64,000 bases of DNA from the human T2T-CHM13v2.0 reference genome, Homo sapiens: NCBI RefSeq assembly GCF_009914755.1, contig NC_060937.1; one strand, written 5' to 3'. Shown here piece after piece: positions 56,976-64,000 of the stretch. The position numbers and the translations under genes are program-made. How positions within the stretch are numbered: position 1 is the first letter of the stretch; each line of letters begins with the position of its first letter. The notes below the pieces were generated by a model, which had not been told where the DNA came from, did no database searches, and saw only the letters and a program-made list of their open reading frames with translations.

Positions 56976-59900
56976 TATGGCTGTATACAATACTATTTGT
57001 CATATTTTATACCCTTGAAATATTTACTAATTTAATTTTTGGGGGGTATAAATAATTATGATGCAAAAGTCTGATGACACTGATATTCTTCTTCTAAGTG
57101 TCTTGATATTTTGTCTGGTTTCTAAAAATTCCAAAAAGTTTTACCATAATATACATCAGGTTGGGCCATTTTAGGTTGTTTTGTGAAGGTATATAGAAAA
57201 TATGAAGATCTGTGTCACGTACCTAATTAAAAGAAAGTTTTGTTAAAAATCAATTTTGTTATTGGTTCTGTTTCATTCATTTGGCTTATTTCTATGTAAT
57301 CCTTTTTCCATATTTTGAATTTCTTTTGCTTTTATTCTGTATCTATATTTTTATCAGAAAGTATTTTGTTTTTCTTTTGATTTTTACATTTTTCTATTTT
57401 TCATCTTTAAGACTTTTCTCCATTGTATTGAATCACCAATGTAATCTATCAAGTTTTGACTTTACTTCTGAAATAATGTTTTATTTATAATTATTTTGTG
57501 CTATATGTTACCATTCTAGTCAAACATTTTTTTCCCAATCACCTCATTTAATAGATATCTAATTCTAATTTATGTTGCTTTCAAAGAGATTGTATTATTG
57601 CATTGTTTTTTTCTAATTGTTTTTAAAATAAATTCAGGTTTCATCTTGTAATTATGCCTTTGTAATCATCTTTTATACTCTCTAGAAATATTATCCTGTT
57701 TTCTCCTTATATTTTATCACATATATTTATAGATAATCTATTTTTGATTGTTCTTTTAAGTGAAATTACTTATAATTTTAGGAATGTGTGTATATATTAT
57801 AATGCTTATTGCATCACAGGATAGACTTAGAAATTTATACTCATAAACGTACAAGTTTGTAATTTATGTTTTTCTAATCCTCAACTTTTTGTTCTGTTTT
57901 GTTAATTTTATTTAAAAAATTCTTGGAGAGATACAAGAAAATTTTCCACTATTATTTACTTATTTGCATAATCTTTGTAATTCTAGATGTATGCATTTAC
58001 TGCGGTTTTGTCTGTTACATAAAGCTTTATGCCTGTAATATGTTAAGAAACCTCCAGCACGTTCATACTTATATTTTGACCTCAGTCCTTTTTTGCTGAT
58101 GTTATTGTTCTTATTTATATTCTTTGATAGATTTAATGTACACATTTGCAAACACTCTCATTTCTACCTTCTTTGCCAAAAATTTTAAGGGTAATTTTCA
58201 TGAACTTCATACAGCACGTTCTTATAGTATCTCTGTAGCAAAATTCTATTTGCATAATTGAATATTTATGTATTTGCTTTTATTCTTTTCAACATATTTT
58301 ATATTCTTTGTTATAATTTTACTTTTTAAATATTGTTTCTTCTTTGTAGTATGCTTTTTCCTCTGCTATATGCAGTTGAATGTTGAAGAAGCTTATAAAT
58401 TTCATCAGAATTTGGCATATAGACAGGGATTTGTGGAGAAAAAGAGTTCAGGGGTGTATAATTAAGCTTCCAACTTTACTGGTTTCTTATTTCCAAGTCT
58501 CTAGTTAATTTGTAAATTGATTTATTTTATTTGAATTCTTGTGCTTCTATTAGAGAAAATGTAGCATGCCTATATTAAATAAGTCTGATGGTATGAAAGT
58601 GTAATGAACTTAGTATATCAGCCATGGTAATGTCACTTTCTGCTATACATAAATTAGATTAGTGAAGACGTCTCTTTCACGTATTGCTCTGGACCTCTTA
58701 AAATAGAAGCAGCTTCCTTCAGTTATTGTCTACCATTAAATAATATTATGAGAGATTTTTGATTGGTATATTATTTATAGTCTTTAAATGTCTTCATTCT
58801 TCAGTTTCAGTGGTATCAACAGTGAATACTTGTACAATTGAAAAACATGTGTCATATTTTAGTCTTTCCTCTTCCAAATATATTTGCTCATGAAAAAGCA
58901 ATTTTCTTGAATAAGAAACATGGCTGTTTACTGATATGTGCATATTTGTTCAGTATCTTTTGTTATATCTGTCTTTATATATGAAAAATTTAATTTTCCT
59001 TGGTAATTAGACATAATATAATTTTGAATCATGTTTTTTGTTTCTATAAGATAAACTTTCAAATTGAGTCTGGTAACAAGTTGGGAGAAATTTTATACAT
59101 TTATGTAGACAATAATATGAATAGATTAGCTTAAAATAGACACACAGATACAGTAATATTTAGTGCTTACTTATTAGAAGTAAGCATAAAGTAATGGAGA
59201 ATTTCACTGATAGGAAAGAAAGGCACATCTTATGTTTTAGTACTGTGAGAACAAGTTGGATTTTATAAAAAGAATGAGCAATAGTGCAGGTGTTTACCAC
59301 TAATATTTAGTTGAGGGAGAGAACATCTCATTGTGAAGAAAGTCTTTGTCTCAGTGATTCAGGCGCACATCAGCAGAACTGAATCATCATCCATACTTGG
59401 CTGTTTGTTGGTGGTATCTGTAGTCAGCATCACTGTGGTGTGCTAGATGAGGGATTTGGATTTACCACAGAGCATCTAAAAGCAGTACTATGTGAATTCA
59501 AGGACTATAACTCCTTAGGAATCTTCAAATATTATTCAGAATTAATTTAAAGAGAATGAAGTGCAAGCAGATGTTCCACAGGTTAATTTAAGTGCAAATG
59601 TTAGCGGTATCCTGACATCATTATTACATAAAAATAAGTATGGCCTAGAGAAACACAATATAGCCTAATACAACGGAATGGATTCTTTTTTCAAATGGTT
59701 AATAGCTGGATAATAATGTGATTTTAAATTATGTAGCCAATGATGTAACTAATTTCACTACCAAATTATGGCGATTTGTAAATATTTGTATTTTCATAAG
59801 TATTAATTATGAGTAATAGATTTAGGTGGCAGAAACAGATTTTATTTTATAGCAGCTGCTCAGGACACCGAGGAAAGAGCACTATGGGAACAAATCAGAT

Positions 59901-62900
59901 TTCCCGAAAGCATGTAAATAATGAATCTTTTTGTTAAGAATGTCAAGTTTAATTTAACATTGCTGTTGCAGTGTAGTACTCTTCAACGTGTATTTATGTG
60001 GGGCCTCATGCCAGCTACCTGGATCAACTCCAATGCCTACTGAGCTAAAATCTGCCTTGCCTAAGGAATGATGCCAGTGTATTCAAAATTGAAACACAAC
60101 AGAAACGTCTTTCTGAATGGAGTTAAACTGTTGAGAGCTCTTTGAATGATGAACTTTAGTTCAGTTTCTAAGAAGTAATCATGTGCTTTATTTAGTGCCT
60201 ATTATGCTACTTCAAGTTTCTTCTTCCTCTTCACTGAGCATCCTTCCTCTTCATTAAATTTCATCTTTATTCACTCTGTAGAACTGACAAACAATGCTTG
60301 AAACATCTGGTGCTGTACTACCTGATAAAGTACCTAACGTCACAAGTTGATTTATTTCCTTCATGTATATTTCACACTGCTTTTTTCCATAACATTAAAG
60401 AGAAAAAAGTTTTCTGCATTCTATGCAAGTAAACATCATAAACATAAAGCGGTTAATAATTAAATTCTTCAGAATAGTTGGGAAAAATTATAGAGTTTAC
60501 ATACTATCACACTATCAATACAAATAAATACGTGACTGACAAGTCAAAGATATTGATACTGAAATAATTTTAATAACATTAAAATAGTCATAACATTCAT
60601 CCCTATTTTTAAAACCTTTTTATCTTAAAATTCCTTGCCACTGTTTTGGAAAAAGAAAAGGAGAGTCGTTGTTGCAGGAGATAGTATTTAAAATTATGTG
60701 TGCATCTATATATGATATGGTAATTTCCTCCTCATAAAATAAGCAAGTATTATCTCAAACCTTGAAACCTAGACGCATTTTGTTCCAGATCAGGTAGAGG
60801 AATATGGATTGGGAGAAATATTTAGAATTAAAAGAAAATTTTTTTTCCTCAGCTCGACTATGTCTGAAAGTTTTAATGATTCTCAATTCTGGCCCAGTGT
60901 AGGGCTAGTCATAGAGTTCATTTCTGGGGATTCACAAACATAGTAGACTCAAGGTTATTCCAAAGCCTTCCCACAATGTGAAAATATCAGTACACTGTCT
61001 CTGGGAAAGACACTGAAATTTGTCAAATATTTGAGCAATAAGTTGTTATTCACCCAGCTTCTTTTCAGAGTGTCACAGACACACCGATTTAGAGACATGA
61101 CTCTTTGGCTTGAAATGTATGCCATAACCATTAACCTGCCAAATGTACAAAATATTTGAGTTTTCTGATTTTAGCAATCATACTCTGAGTTTTAGAAACT
61201 GGGATATGAATTTTATGTGATCACCTTCATTGTGTGATGGTATGGATAATGGGAAACCACTCAGTGCCAAATATCTCCTTCTTATTCTTGAAATTGTACC
61301 CAAAATGAGATTATATTGTTAAAATTCATGCAAGTAATTTCTTGGTTCAGACATAGTAAATTACAGATAGACTAGAGACTATAACAGCACTGGATCCTAA
61401 GGGACAGAAAAGATGTGAATAAAAATAGAAAAAAACCCATTAAAGATAAACTATTGAAAACACATATTTACTTCTTTTACAATTTGTACTAGACTGACCT
61501 GCATTCAAATATCAGGTATTGTCAATAAGTATGTATATAAAAGGGTATATTTATGCTGATTTACTCTTTGCAGCATATGCTCACAGAAATGTTGAATCAA
61601 CCATTATAAACCATAGTATTATGATAAAATAATAGTTCAGTATTTTGCCAGGCAAAATTACGTTACAATAAACACTTGTGCATTTGGTGCCCTGGATTTT
61701 GAAATAACTTTATTTCCTGCTGTGAAAATGAGAAAATGTGGTTCATGTTATCAGGTTTCAGGCTTACATTTTATATTGATTTGTCAGAATGAGAAGCAGT
61801 AACTACAGGCCTGGGAGACCCTGCTGCTCTGCCCCTCTGGCTTCAAATAAGCCCAAAGATGAGGAATAAATAGTAATGTGAAAAAAGCAGACTCAGTGAT
61901 TATTGTATGCAACATCTTCTAGATCTTTTCCAGTCTATGACACGTACTGTATTTGGAATATTTAAGAATAAATAAAGGACTTGTAAAAGAATTTAATTTA
62001 TTGAAAGCATTTTTCAATATTATTTTGAGACTAGTAATGAAAGTCTACATCAAACAAAACCTTTCTCCCTGCTATGCCTCATATCTTCAGAAATGTAATT
62101 TCCGGAATAAGTAATCTTAATCCAGTGAAGATTTCATTTGGTCTTTTTACTTTATAAATGTAATTTGCCTCCTCAATAATATGTTGCTGAGTTTAAGCAG
62201 CAAGGGTTATATCAAAGATGTATTAAAATGTCTTAAGTCTATTTTCCTCATGCTGCATTATAAAATATTTTTCAATTCTTAAAGCTCCTCTTAGCCCCGT
62301 CTCTGCATAAAACACAACAATAATAGTTTCTTCAATGGTTATTCTATTGTTCCAATGACCTCAATAAGTCAATAACATGCCTGCAATACTTTCCTCACTC
62401 CAAGAAATATTACAATACACATAATAAAATTCATTTCTCTTAATTTGTATAAAATTACTAAGTTTTGTGTGTAATTGCTAATAATTTTTATACGTGGGGT
62501 CAGTGGCAGTCATTGTCAAAGGCGGACTTCTAAATGACAGCAACAATAACAAACCATGGATGGAAACAAATTACAAATAAAATTATTGAATAAAAGTGGT
62601 TGATGTATTTGATCAAATCAGTGTTTCCTGATCTTTAGTGAAAGAGCAGGAAAAGAGAACCAAAGTGGAAATTTCATAATACATATTGAGAGAACCATCT
62701 GTGAGGTTTAAAGTGGCCAGGCAGAAAGGTTGCACCTGGGACGTCTTTAAAGTATACATACACAGCAGTTAGGACAGAATTATAGCTTCCTGTAGAAGAT
62801 CTTTTATGCATAGATGTATTTTGAGGTTCTTGTAAGTGAATAATACAGAGGATGTTGTTAAGTTGTTACCCTTGAATGCTATATTTCTACAGAAATGGTT

Positions 62901-63419
62901 AATAAGACCCTTAATTTGGGTTTGTGGTGATTTTTTGTTATTTTTAAGACAAAACAGTACTAATTATTTTGTGCTGATATATAAGAAACTAAAGCTGTTA
63001 ATCTTTAAACCCTATTAATAAAGATGTTACCATAAATACAAAATCAATATAATTAGTCAAACGTGCTCGAAATAGCCTTAGATACCACCATAAATTGCCA
63101 TGTTTACCTTTAATCCAGCAAGATGCCCAAACATCTGCATTTAACTCAGTTCCACTTCAGATGTTAGATATTTGCTTATATGAGGGGAATAGAGCAAAGC
63201 AAAACAAACCAAGAAAACCAAACACCCTTCTCTTTGGTGATGGGGCTATTCATTGTTACAGAAGCGAATGAGCAAAAAGGACAGTAAATCTTAGGTAAGT
63301 CTCCAGGATGTAGTTAATACCGTAAAGTGTTTTCATTCTGTATTAGAGATCTAAGCACCCAATTTCCATCTCCTGCTTCTTTCACTCACAAAGGTCAAAT
63401 CACATTTCAAAGTTTAGTT

Positions 63420-63650
63420 GTCACTTCCACAAAAATCTATAATAACTATAATCACTCAGCAAGTTAGTGTCTGCTTCTCTGAACTCAGAATAACTTCTGC
63501 ACTGTTAGGAGCCACTTATCAGCTAAGATTCCCACCAATATGTCTGATCAGGCTACTAACTCTTCAGGTCGTGGGCTGTCTTTGCTCTCTAAATTGTAAT
63601 AACCTATTCTATATGTTCTCCCTAAAGGTTTATTAAATGAATGAATGATT
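63420..63650 (+). mobile_element. L2 3' end
   Basis: Ends tttattaaatgaatgaatga; preceding ctcttcaggtcgtgggctgtc. Confidence 0.5.
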
Positions 63651-63889
63651 ATCCAGTCTCTTCCTGTGTGATTTTAGTCAGAGTTGTTTTGCTTTCTTTT
63701 TTTTTTCAAAGCATAATAGTTTATTATTTTGTTAGGTTTAATAATTGTGTTTCTTATTTCAAAATATAATAATTCCTATGTATTTAAAGCTAGCTTTACA
63801 TTGATAAAATATAATTTTTATGTATTTAGAGCTAATTTTATGATATTTTACACTGTGCATTTTATTATTAAGAAATAGTTTTGTAAAAC

Positions 63890-64000
63890 AATCTATTATA
63901 AAGATACACGCATGCGTATGTTCATTGCAGCACTGTTCACAATAGCAAAGACATGGAATCAACCCAAAAGCCCATCAGTGAAAGACTAAGAAAATGTACA
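63890..64000 (+). mobile_element. L1PA ORF2 C-terminal/3' fragment, runs off window
   Basis: tataaagatacacgcatgcgtatgttcattgcagcactgttcacaatagcaaagacatggaatcaaccc. Confidence 0.9.

Noticed and set aside
59355-59386. tgattcag...ctgaatca inverted repeat
   Set aside because: 8-bp stem only; expected by chance, too short for a pre-miRNA.
63262-63294. 33-nt micro-exon candidate as coding exon
   Set aside because: Weak acceptor and stops in all three frames.

Overview
AT-rich, CpG-poor primate genomic DNA, almost certainly human, because it carries an AluYb8, a human-specific subfamily. It looks like gene desert or deep intron. No protein-coding gene is supportable: the supplied ORFs are short and either derive from Alu, L1, LTR or simple repeats, or are chance ORFs in AT-rich DNA. 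The window is mostly layered transposon fossils: L1M/L1PA, L2, MIR, about 7 Alus, THE1, MER4A, MER61-like, MER41A, MLT, ERVL pol, Tigger3 and MER44. It also has two RNA retropseudogenes: a 34-nt tailless U2 snRNA copy with a target-site duplication (TSD), and a near-full-length 7SL copy. The most notable oddities are two local high-identity dispersed duplications (145 bp and 71 bp), a palindrome/RFX-like motif cluster in unique DNA, a MER61-like LTR with three p53 half-sites, and the young AluYb8. I found no evidence of a new multi-gene system. Repeat subfamily names come from recalled consensus sequences and need RepeatMasker/Dfam confirmation. Boundaries of old repeats are approximate.
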